From the IMG/VR virus record IMGVR_UViG_3300045988_129927: a DNA stretch of 64,000 bases; one strand, written 5' to 3'. The DNA is from a virus. Under the pieces are notes generated by a model. It had not been told where the DNA came from and did not search any database. It saw nothing but the letters and a program-made list of their open reading frames with translations. Below are positions 26,114 to 34,588 of the stretch, in pieces; the stretch's first letter is position 1, and each line of letters opens with the position of its first letter. Both the position numbers and the translations under genes were made by a program.

Positions 26114-27772
26114 TTATCTACTGATTGGTTCTGTTTTAAGATATACTTGTCTTATAGTGAGTCTTCTATTTTTATTTCTAATACGGTCTAATACAGAATT
26201 ACGATTATAGCCACTATCAGAACGCCATGTCTCATTACCTATAATAAAAATAAACGTTATTTCATCACCATTTTTAATATCTAGGTGAGATAAACCATAT
26301 TTTATAACTGGGGAATAGTTCCAACCTCCTTTACCATACCATAATGAAGTACCACCACTACCATGTTCTTTAAGACTATTGTTAGTAGAATATGCGGCAA
26401 TTAAGGCACCATTTCGTCTTATCTCTATGCCTTCACCAACAGTTGTTTCATCACCACTATTAGTTAATTCATGGTAAATATGGTGAATTTTTCTATTAAA
26501 TCCTTTAACAATATATTTAAATTTATAAGTTGTACCAGATGAATTAATAGTCAAATATTCTTCATCTCTATCATTATAGATAATTTCTCTATTAATGGTT
26601 TCTAAAGGTACAGATTCAAGATTACCGTTAGGATCAATAGCGAAATCATCACTCCAGATTAATTCAGTAATTGTAAAATTAATCCAACTATTATCACCAC
26701 GGTCGCCATGTGTTTTAACTGTTATTTTTAATATAAGATCATCATATCCATTTTCAGTTAATATAATAGGATTATTAAATGTAAAAGTATGATTACCGTC
26801 TCCACCACCTAAACTTCTACTATTAGCGCCACCGACAACAGTACCATTTCTTTCATTTAATACGATGATTTCGTTAAAACGTAATTCGTGTCTATGACTA
26901 CCACCATTTCTATCTAATGCTATAGAGAAACCTTTTAAATTTCTGGTTACTTTAGGTAATTTAAAATATAATCCCTTTTCAGCTTCACCAAAGAATGTAC
27001 GAATTTGTACTCTATTGGTACCGTATGTTTCATGGCTATCTTCACCTGGTCGACCATAATACGGTTCATTAGCGTAATATTTAATATCATTCACTACAGG
27101 ATCAGGTAAACGTACTTCGTAATTTAAAGGATTATTAGCACTATTTTCTACAATCTTACGAAACCATTTTTTACAAACACCATTAAAATCATCAGAGTTA
27201 ATGATCTTGTTTCTAACTTCATTGTAATCGATTAGATTAGAAGGAGTACTACCATTACCAATAGCATAATGTGTACTTTCCGAAAACACACGATTACCTT
27301 TTTTAATAGTAATCTTTAATTTAGATAAAGTACCTAATTTATTAATAGTTTCACTAAAAGTATTACTTAAGTCATCGATGGTAATATCACCTTCTCTGTC
27401 TTTAAAGTCAGATAATTTTAAATAATCATGCATACACATGAATCCGTATTCATTACTTAAATAAGCATTACCTAACATATTCACTAAACCAGCGTGCATA
27501 CCATTATCATGCCAACCACCAAAATTACCCATAGGTACAAAATAGTAATCACGACTATATTTAGGAATATGGTTGGTTCTTTCAATGACTTGTTTATTGA
27601 AAATATCTAATACAGATTGTTTAGTAACAGGTTGACCAGCTTTATCAGTGAATTCTTCAATAGTAGTCTCTACAGCCCCAGGGGTCATTACTACATTAGG
27701 ACCATCGTTATTTCTTAACATCTCTAGAGTCGCTCTAGAGTATTTTCTTGGTAAATGAATTTCAATTGCCAT
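26114..27772 (-). CDS. Hypothetical protein embedded antisense in the receptor-binding cluster
   Basis: 552-aa ORF with RBS ATAAGGAAATAAGAT, convergent with fibre 2 at hairpin 26072..26111. I recognise no motif (it contains FGGWHDNGMHAGLVNMLGN). Confidence 0.65.
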   Translation of the reverse strand: MAIEIHLPRKYSRATLEMLRNNDGPNVVMTPGAVETTIEEFTDKAGQPVTKQSVLDIFNKQVIERTNHIPKYSRDYYFVPMGNFGGWHDNGMHAGLVNMLGNAYLSNEYGFMCMHDYLKLSDFKDREGDITIDDLSNTFSETINKLGTLSKLKITIKKGNRVFSESTHYAIGNGSTPSNLIDYNEVRNKIINSDDFNGVCKKWFRKIVENSANNPLNYEVRLPDPVVNDIKYYANEPYYGRPGEDSHETYGTNRVQIRTFFGEAEKGLYFKLPKVTRNLKGFSIALDRNGGSHRHELRFNEIIVLNERNGTVVGGANSRSLGGGDGNHTFTFNNPIILTENGYDDLILKITVKTHGDRGDNSWINFTITELIWSDDFAIDPNGNLESVPLETINREIIYNDRDEEYLTINSSGTTYKFKYIVKGFNRKIHHIYHELTNSGDETTVGEGIEIRRNGALIAAYSTNNSLKEHGSGGTSLWYGKGGWNYSPVIKYGLSHLDIKNGDEITFIFIIGNETWRSDSGYNRNSVLDRIRNKNRRLTIRQVYLKTEPISR

Positions 27773-27906
27773 ATCTTATTTCCTTATTCAAAAGGTTTAT
27801 AGGTTATTCTCATACGAATAAATAATAATTACTACGTGTAAAACATGGGATACAATAAGTAAAAACTATGAACCAAACACGTTACACACAACAAAAAGGA
27901 ATCAAA

Positions 27907-29598
27907 ATGATTGATGTAAAAAATTACTTTATGTGTCCCTCATGTTCAGACCAACATAATCGGACATTTACAGAAGCTCTAGAGTTAGCGATTGAATACG
28001 CTGATAAACTAGAGGATTTCGTGTATATTGACGAAGGTGAATATACTTTAGAAAAACAGATTACCATTAGCCCGACTAAAAATAAAGGTTGTAAAGGTAT
28101 TTTAGGCGCAGGCATGGGTAAAACCAAAATTAAATTTAACTGGCCTCAGACTATTGACTGGGACCCTAGAACAAACTCAACAGATGCTCGTTCACAAGCA
28201 GGTATTCTTTTAGAACATGTTTCTAAACGTTTGATATCAAATTTATCATTAACTTACGAAGGTGAATTCTATCGTAAAGGTGAATCCTACTTTGGTACCA
28301 TTAATGGTATTTACATGGAACACACAGATGATTGCTTAATCTCTCAAGTAGAAGTAACAGGCTGTAACCGTGCAGGTGTATTTTTAAATACCGTAGACAA
28401 AAAAGTAATGGAAGGTGCGAAAAAACACCATTCACAAGGTATGGATCCTAAATTGATTGGTTTACCTAAAGGCAATAAAATCGTAGGTTGTAATCTACAC
28501 CACAATCGCGTAGCAGGTATTCTTTCTGCATGGCAAGAAGACTTAGTGGTACGAGATAACTATCTGAATCATAATGGTCACGCTGCTGACGGTGGTACGG
28601 GTTATGGTATTGCAATGGGTTCTGGTTCTGTTAATATTAATTTCTTAGTAGAAAATAACCATGCTGAAGGTAACTTCCGTAAAGGCTTAGATGTACATGA
28701 TGCTTGGTCTGGTAAGTTCGTTAATAACCGTGTCATTAAAAATCGTTTCCATGGTATTGCTATTGAATCACGTGGCTATCCATCTAATGGTGTAGATGTT
28801 ATTGATAACTATATTACATTTGATAAAACCTTCCGTTTAGTAGCAGATGATGAAATCCCTGTACGTACCAGTATGGACTATTATCAACAACGTGCTATCC
28901 GTATTGAAACCAAACCACAAGATTGGCAACCATGGAAAGGTCAACCTACCCGCCCTATCTATAATGTTACAGGTAACGTAATACGTGGCGTAGAGTGGGA
29001 GACAGATAAACAACAAGGTATCCACCGCGTGATTGAGATTCGTAATAATGACCAAGACCCAAATGTTATTCCTACTTGGAACATTAAAGACAATGATATT
29101 GAAGCAGTAGATGTTTCAGATATTATGTTCTGTATTGCCCCTGCTCAAGTAGTCAATGGTTTAGGTAATGTAGTAGTAGAGAACAACCGTTTTGTATCTA
29201 AACGTGTCCGTTCAGCTCCAGTAACATTCCAAGAAGAGAATACTTCTAAATTACGTGAAAACTCAATTATCTTTAGAAATAACACAATCAGTGTTACTGA
29301 ACTTAATGTTTACATTAAAGCCCTGATTATTATCTCTACAGATAAGAAACTGACTATAGAGAATAACACTATTGACTTAGTAGATAACTTTAATAAACCA
29401 CTGTTTGATATTACATCAAAAGAGGATTATAAAGACCAAATCAATTGGACACTAAGTTCTAATGTATTCTCCTCTACAGTAAATGCCGATGTATTTAAAC
29501 GTATCTTATTGGTTAAAGAGAATAACTGTAAAGTGACTCAAACCGGTAATACTTATTTACAAAAGATTACTGCTGAATTACCAGATAAAACATATTAA
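27907..29598 (+). CDS. Parallel beta-helix tailspike / putative depolymerase
   Basis: Start at the ATG at 27907 after AAAAGGAATCAAA. Successive PbH1-like turns are NRAGVFLNT, CNLHHNRVAGILS, NYLNHNGHAADGGTGYGIAMGSGS, ENNHAEGNFRKGLDVHD, NNRVIKNRFHGIAIES, and later NNRF/RNNTI/ENNTI turns. Confidence 0.7.
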   Translation: MIDVKNYFMCPSCSDQHNRTFTEALELAIEYADKLEDFVYIDEGEYTLEKQITISPTKNKGCKGILGAGMGKTKIKFNWPQTIDWDPRTNSTDARSQAGILLEHVSKRLISNLSLTYEGEFYRKGESYFGTINGIYMEHTDDCLISQVEVTGCNRAGVFLNTVDKKVMEGAKKHHSQGMDPKLIGLPKGNKIVGCNLHHNRVAGILSAWQEDLVVRDNYLNHNGHAADGGTGYGIAMGSGSVNINFLVENNHAEGNFRKGLDVHDAWSGKFVNNRVIKNRFHGIAIESRGYPSNGVDVIDNYITFDKTFRLVADDEIPVRTSMDYYQQRAIRIETKPQDWQPWKGQPTRPIYNVTGNVIRGVEWETDKQQGIHRVIEIRNNDQDPNVIPTWNIKDNDIEAVDVSDIMFCIAPAQVVNGLGNVVVENNRFVSKRVRSAPVTFQEENTSKLRENSIIFRNNTISVTELNVYIKALIIISTDKKLTIENNTIDLVDNFNKPLFDITSKEDYKDQINWTLSSNVFSSTVNADVFKRILLVKENNCKVTQTGNTYLQKITAELPDKTY

Positions 29599-29615
29599 AA
29601 ATATATTGATTAATA

Positions 29616-29652
29616 CTAATACTACTCTACCCAAAAGGTAGAGTAGTATTAG
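29616..29652. terminator. Bidirectional hairpin at the right edge of the receptor-binding cassette
   Basis: CTAATACTACTCTACC caaaa GGTAGAGTAGTATTAG: a 16-bp perfect stem. Confidence 0.75.
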
Positions 29653-29657
29653 CTATA

Positions 29658-30188
29658 TTAAAACACAAACAAATGGTGTTCTGAATGACCAGTAGGACCA
29701 GTGATGATTTCACTCACACCTGGGACATTGGTATCTTTCTTACCTACTTCACCGTAGATTGGTTTATGGAAGTTAAAGTAAACAGGAATTTGTTCAATAA
29801 AACAATATTCCACAATACTACCTGACAACCAATTAGGAACATCTTCACCGATTAATACACCATCATAAAGTTCAATAGGTTTAGGTGGTACTGGGAAATC
29901 AGCCAAGTAACCATTCTTTTCATATTCTTGCTGTTTCTCTTCACTCAAAAGCAAGAACTTCTCTTTCCATTCATCCATTTCTTCAGAGCGTTTCTTACTT
30001 TCTTCAGCACGTGTCTTAATACAACGTACAGCTTCTTGAACAATATTAAATGCATTAAAGTCAATTTGATTACGGTCAGGTACAGTAATAAAGTTCAGTA
30101 AACCTTTAATCTTTTCATTAGGCTCATCAACATTCAAACCATTGATTTGTGTATACTTATGTTTATCTGCAGAGATTGGGAATAACAT
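29658..30188 (-). CDS. Hypothetical protein
   Basis: 176-aa ORF with RBS AAAGGAACGATT, bounded by hairpins 30251..30279 and 29616..29652. Confidence 0.6.
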   Translation of the reverse strand: MLFPISADKHKYTQINGLNVDEPNEKIKGLLNFITVPDRNQIDFNAFNIVQEAVRCIKTRAEESKKRSEEMDEWKEKFLLLSEEKQQEYEKNGYLADFPVPPKPIELYDGVLIGEDVPNWLSGSIVEYCFIEQIPVYFNFHKPIYGEVGKKDTNVPGVSEIITGPTGHSEHHLFVF

Positions 30189-30250
30189 AATCGTTCCTTT
30201 GTGTTAAAAAAAAATAAATGTATTACATAATTAATTAAATAACGGAATAA

Positions 30251-30279
30251 ATTAGGTAGAGTAACATACTCTACCTAAT
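30251..30279 (-). terminator. Hairpin after the topoisomerase gene
   Basis: ATTAGGTAGAGTA aca TACTCTACCTAAT: 13-bp perfect arms. The apical pair probably opens to give a 5-nt loop. Confidence 0.6.
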
Positions 30280-30282
30280 CTA

Positions 30283-32532
30283 CTATTTACCGTTTAGTAA
30301 ATCGTCTACTTCAGCTAATTGTAAACCAGAGATATCTGCATAATCATTTGCAGACACAATGGTTCGACACTTAGGGAAACGATTACAAGAGAAGAAATTA
30401 CCTCGTTTACCAGAACGAATCACTAATTGTCCTTTCTTACAACTAGGACAAGTCGTTCCAGTATTTACTGCTTTAGCCTTTTCAGTACCATCGATATTAC
30501 AACTATACTTACAAGGATTTTCTTTACGAGAATAATTTTCACATCCTACAAACTTACGTCCTTTAAAACCTTCTTTAATTAAAAGACGACCATTGCACTC
30601 AGGACATTTCTTACCTTCAAATACAACTTCTTCTTTCTTAGGACGATTGTTTTCTAAACTCTCTTTAAAACCACACTTCTTATCTGGACAAGATTTATAC
30701 TTACCGTATTTACCTTGCATTAAGTTAAGATTGTGTTGACCACACTTAGGACAGAGTTCAGCCATTTCTTCAATCTTACCAAATACAGATTTAGCTTCTT
30801 TAGCGGTTCTTTCTACGACTTGATAGAAAGGATTCCAAAAGTCGTACATAACCTGTTTCCAGTTTAGTTCACCTGAAGCAATCTTATCTAACTGTACATT
30901 CAAATCAGAAGTATAGTTATAATCGATGTATTTAGAAAAGTATTGTAGCAAGAAGTTAATGACTTGTTCACCAATGTCATTTAACACGAATCGTTGCCCA
31001 TCCATGCTAACATATGCTCTGTCTTTTAATACACGAATAATATTAGCATAAGTCGAAGGTCGACCAATACCATAGTCTTCAAGTGTTTTTACCAAAGAAG
31101 CTTCGTTATATCTAGCAGGTGGTTTAGTCTGGTGTTCTTCACATTTGAAATCGACTACTTCTACTTTATCATGGTATTCCAATTCAGGTAATTTAGTATT
31201 CTCTTCTTTATCAGAATCTAAATCTTCACCTTCTTGATAAATAGCTAAGTAACCAGCAAACTTCAATACAGAACCAGAACTTCTAAAACCAAATTCTTTT
31301 AAGGTAAAAGAGACTGATAATGTATCAAATAGAGCAGGTTTCATCTGAGATGCTAGAGTACGTTCCCATATCAGCTTGTAGAGCTTGTATTCGTCGTTTC
31401 CTAGGCGATTCTTAACGTCGGTAGGGGTAAGGTATATGTCAGTGGGTCGAATGGCTTCGTGAGCCTCCTGTGCCCCTTTAGCGAGCTTCCCATATTCAAT
31501 CACATGTTCAGACATGTATTGCTTATAGTTCTTGCGACCAAATGCAAAGATATTATCCAATGCTTCTTGACTTAATGCGGTAGAGTCAGTACGCATATAG
31601 GTAATATAGCCATGGTCAGACTTACCATCACCTTCAAACAACTTCTGTGCTGTTTGCATGACACGTGTAGTCGTCCATCCTAATTTACGTACTGCATCTT
31701 GTTGTAAAGTAGAAGTACGATAAGGTGCTTTAGGTTTAACTGATTTCTTACCACGTTTTACATCAGAAACCAATAGCTTTTCACCTTTACCAATGTATTG
31801 ATTAATGGTGTCCTTATAACCATCTACAACATCTTTAGGAAATAAAGATTCTTCAAAAGACAATTTACCTAAGGCTACATCACCTACACGTACTAACTTA
31901 GCAGGGAATGTAATATTATCCTTATTACCAAATACGGTCATTGTCCAATAAGTAGTAGGAACAAACTTACGAATCTCTTGCTCTCTTTCTACAATTAAAC
32001 GAAGAGCTGGAGATTGTACTCGACCTGCCGATAAACCAGGAGTTAATACTTTCCACAAAAGAGGAGAAACATAAAAACCATATAGGTAATCAGACACAGA
32101 ACGACCAAAGTGAGAATCTACTTTATTTTGGTCGATAGTACGTGGATTCTTAATGGATTCCAGTACGTGTTTTTCTGTAATCTCGTTAAAAGTTACGCGT
32201 TTAAATTCACAATTCTTATTCACACCTCGAATTAATTCTTTTAAATGCCAACTAATACCTTCACCTTCTGTATCAGGGTCAGTTGCTAAATAAACAACAT
32301 CTGCGCTTTTACATTTGTTTAATAACTCTTTGGTATTTTTAGCATTGTTTTTGTTTAAACAAAAGTGTTGTTTAAAACCATTGTTAACTTCAATAGCACC
32401 TTTATTTTTAAGGGAAATATCTAAACCACGTACATGACCAATAGAAGCCATTACTTGAATATTGAGTGGACGTACAAATTTACCAATTAGTTTTACCTTA
32501 TTGGGAGACTCCACAATCATGATACTTTTCAT
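30283..32532 (-). CDS. topA: DNA topoisomerase, type IA (TopA-like) with C-terminal C4 zinc ribbons
   Basis: Start at the ATG at 32532 after CAAGGAACAACAAC. Toprim motifs are IMIVESPNKVKLI and YLATDPDTEGEGISWHL. The catalytic Tyr motif is GYITYMRTDS. At least three zinc ribbons are present (CPKCG..C..KCG, CPECNG..GC, CPSCKKG..SCNRFPKCR). Confidence 0.9.
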   Translation of the reverse strand: MKSIMIVESPNKVKLIGKFVRPLNIQVMASIGHVRGLDISLKNKGAIEVNNGFKQHFCLNKNNAKNTKELLNKCKSADVVYLATDPDTEGEGISWHLKELIRGVNKNCEFKRVTFNEITEKHVLESIKNPRTIDQNKVDSHFGRSVSDYLYGFYVSPLLWKVLTPGLSAGRVQSPALRLIVEREQEIRKFVPTTYWTMTVFGNKDNITFPAKLVRVGDVALGKLSFEESLFPKDVVDGYKDTINQYIGKGEKLLVSDVKRGKKSVKPKAPYRTSTLQQDAVRKLGWTTTRVMQTAQKLFEGDGKSDHGYITYMRTDSTALSQEALDNIFAFGRKNYKQYMSEHVIEYGKLAKGAQEAHEAIRPTDIYLTPTDVKNRLGNDEYKLYKLIWERTLASQMKPALFDTLSVSFTLKEFGFRSSGSVLKFAGYLAIYQEGEDLDSDKEENTKLPELEYHDKVEVVDFKCEEHQTKPPARYNEASLVKTLEDYGIGRPSTYANIIRVLKDRAYVSMDGQRFVLNDIGEQVINFLLQYFSKYIDYNYTSDLNVQLDKIASGELNWKQVMYDFWNPFYQVVERTAKEAKSVFGKIEEMAELCPKCGQHNLNLMQGKYGKYKSCPDKKCGFKESLENNRPKKEEVVFEGKKCPECNGRLLIKEGFKGRKFVGCENYSRKENPCKYSCNIDGTEKAKAVNTGTTCPSCKKGQLVIRSGKRGNFFSCNRFPKCRTIVSANDYADISGLQLAEVDDLLNGK

Positions 32533-32672
32533 GTTGTTGTTCCTTGTATAAAAAGTTATTTTCATATAGATAAAATAACAATGTTAAATATTCTTCAACA
32601 AAGGTTTCACCTTTCATCATTTTAATAATATAGGTTCTAAATTAAATAAAAAATAAATAACACATAAAACTA

Positions 32673-32707
32673 CTAGATACACTACCCATTATAGGTAGTG
32701 TATCTAG
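32673..32707 (-). terminator. Hairpin after the membrane-protein pair
   Basis: CTAGATACACTACC cattata GGTAGTGTATCTAG: a 14-bp perfect stem. Confidence 0.65.
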
Positions 32708-32725
32708 ATAGCTTAATAAATATAA

Positions 32726-33514
32726 TTACTGTTCAGAGTCTTCTTTCTTAGTAGCCATGGTAAGAAGCTCATTTAACTTCTTATCCATTTCTTTACCTAT
32801 CTTTTTAAGTTGTACAAATCTCTCATCCATGGCTTTACTGATTTCATCTAGAGAATTAGGTCTACCGAGACTATCTTCTTTATTGATAGAGAGTTCAGAT
32901 AAACGTTGTCTGACTAATAATTTACCTTTCTCTTCAGTTTGCTCTAACAGTGGTGTATAAATAATCACCATAGCGCTAGAGAGCATGTTGAAATAGAAAA
33001 TCAGTACAGAATTAAGTCGATAAAAATAGTTTGCTTTTTTCACACCGTTGATGGTATTTTTATACTCAAACATGATGAAACTAAACAAACCAAATGTAAA
33101 AACAGAAATGATAAACAAAACAGTCAGTTTAATAGGTGCCCAGATATTAGCGTAGAATGATTGACGATAACCATTTAAACCATATATCTTTCTATATGCT
33201 TTAATACCGACAATAATACCCAGTACAGCTAATGCAAATAACTTCTCTAGGCCATTAGGTTGACTTTTCTCTGGCAATAGTTTAGCAGCCTCACTGTAAC
33301 AAAACCCCATTGCAAATAAGTAGGTATTGAATATAAACACTTTCCATGTTGGTTTGTCATCTTCTAACAAGCCAAAGTTAATATAAAATACCTTAGCTGC
33401 CGAAAAGATAAATAACAATCCACCAAATGTATACGATAGTTTAATCAAATCAAGATTTGCAAATAAGCCTGATAATACTTTGTCATTTGAGAATAGATTA
33501 GTAATAAATTCCAT
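32726..33514 (-). CDS. Polytopic membrane protein, paralogue of the upstream gene
   Basis: 262 aa with about 5 hydrophobic helices and a hydrophilic C-terminal tail. It shares FYANIWAPIKLTVLFIISVFTFGLFSFIMFEYKNT, LNSV...YTPL and GRPNSL with the 33532..34488 product. RBS is GGAGG. Confidence 0.7.
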   Translation of the reverse strand: MEFITNLFSNDKVLSGLFANLDLIKLSYTFGGLLFIFSAAKVFYINFGLLEDDKPTWKVFIFNTYLFAMGFCYSEAAKLLPEKSQPNGLEKLFALAVLGIIVGIKAYRKIYGLNGYRQSFYANIWAPIKLTVLFIISVFTFGLFSFIMFEYKNTINGVKKANYFYRLNSVLIFYFNMLSSAMVIIYTPLLEQTEEKGKLLVRQRLSELSINKEDSLGRPNSLDEISKAMDERFVQLKKIGKEMDKKLNELLTMATKKEDSEQ

Positions 33515-33531
33515 ATTGAGAACCTCCGTGG

Positions 33532-34488
33532 TTAGTTAAATTTGTTTTGATACGCTTCCATTAAAGAACCATGTTCTTTTAAACTCTTAGGTTTACCGAT
33601 TGTATTTTCAGGTAAAGTCTTAACTTCGTTATATAAAGACAATATCTCGTCTCTTTGACCAATAATCACTGAAGTGCTATTAGCCAATGGTAACATGATA
33701 TAGGTAAACCCATTACATAACTCAATTAAGAAATTACTAACAGAATTATTCAAATGAGTATAAGTTACCCAGTTAGTAATAATCTCACATTCGCATTTAA
33801 CAGCATTAGACATACCGAAAGTACAAATATTAAGAATAGCAATAACCATAATCTTAATCGGTAAGAGTGCATAAAGGTATAATACACCTGGATAAAACAT
33901 TAATGCACCAAATGGGTCTTCCTTAAACTTAGGGTCAATGATACGAATTAAACAAAACGTATACATGACATCACCAATAGTATTTAAACATTCGTTATAA
34001 ATCTTATTGATAGGACTACCATCTTTCAGTCTAATTTCACCAATATAATCATGTGTAACCTTATACTCTACCATAGTCGCTCTAAATAAGCCTAAAGTGA
34101 GAAAATGAATAATAGCAATCACTAATAACTTTATTGGTACGAAGAAGTAAACATAAAGATTATCGTGATAAGACTCTTCTCTATTGTCATCGTTAATTCC
34201 TGTCATTTTACGTAAGGCAAGAAATGTTACAGCAATAACAATTAACTGATCTTTAGTTATACTATACCCTAAATAGAAAAACCCTATAACAAATAGAGTA
34301 ATGATTAAACCTACAACAATGAGTACAGATAACGATGGAATCAGATTAATGTTCACTTGTCTATTAACAACTGTAAATCCATTAGATACCATTAAGAGTA
34401 TCTTAAACATGGATAATGTAACCATAATTGCCAATAGACAATAAGATATAACTGCTAGACTACTGGGACTAAATAAATTTTCAAACAT
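33532..34488 (-). CDS. Polytopic membrane protein with an internal duplication
   Basis: Start at the ATG at 34488 after TAAAGGAAACTTT. It has about 8 hydrophobic helices. The module YxYxxxPIK(L/I)xVIAI(I/L)xxxT(L/F)G occurs twice (YVYFFVPIKLLVIAIIHFLTLGLF and YLYALLPIKIMVIAILNICTFGMS). Confidence 0.7.
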   Translation of the reverse strand: MFENLFSPSSLAVISYCLLAIMVTLSMFKILLMVSNGFTVVNRQVNINLIPSLSVLIVVGLIITLFVIGFFYLGYSITKDQLIVIAVTFLALRKMTGINDDNREESYHDNLYVYFFVPIKLLVIAIIHFLTLGLFRATMVEYKVTHDYIGEIRLKDGSPINKIYNECLNTIGDVMYTFCLIRIIDPKFKEDPFGALMFYPGVLYLYALLPIKIMVIAILNICTFGMSNAVKCECEIITNWVTYTHLNNSVSNFLIELCNGFTYIMLPLANSTSVIIGQRDEILSLYNEVKTLPENTIGKPKSLKEHGSLMEAYQNKFN

Positions 34489-34540
34489 AAAGTTTCCTTT
34501 ATAAAGATATATCACATTAATAATATATAGATAAAAAATA

Positions 34541-34579
34541 CTATACTACGTAGGAGGAAATACCTCCTACGCAGTGTAG
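34541..34579 (-). terminator. Hairpin after the CYTH-like gene
   Basis: CGTAGGAGG aaata CCTCCTACG forms a 9-bp perfect core. It extends through one mismatch and one G-T pair to a ~16-bp stem. Confidence 0.6.
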
Positions 34580-34588
34580 CTACTTAAT

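Noticed and set aside
32498-32620. A 40-codon upstream ORF (MMKGETFVEEYL...) overlapping the start of the topoisomerase gene.
   Set aside because: There is no RBS in front of the ATGATG. It is out of frame with the topoisomerase gene and overlaps that gene's RBS and start. No supporting feature exists.
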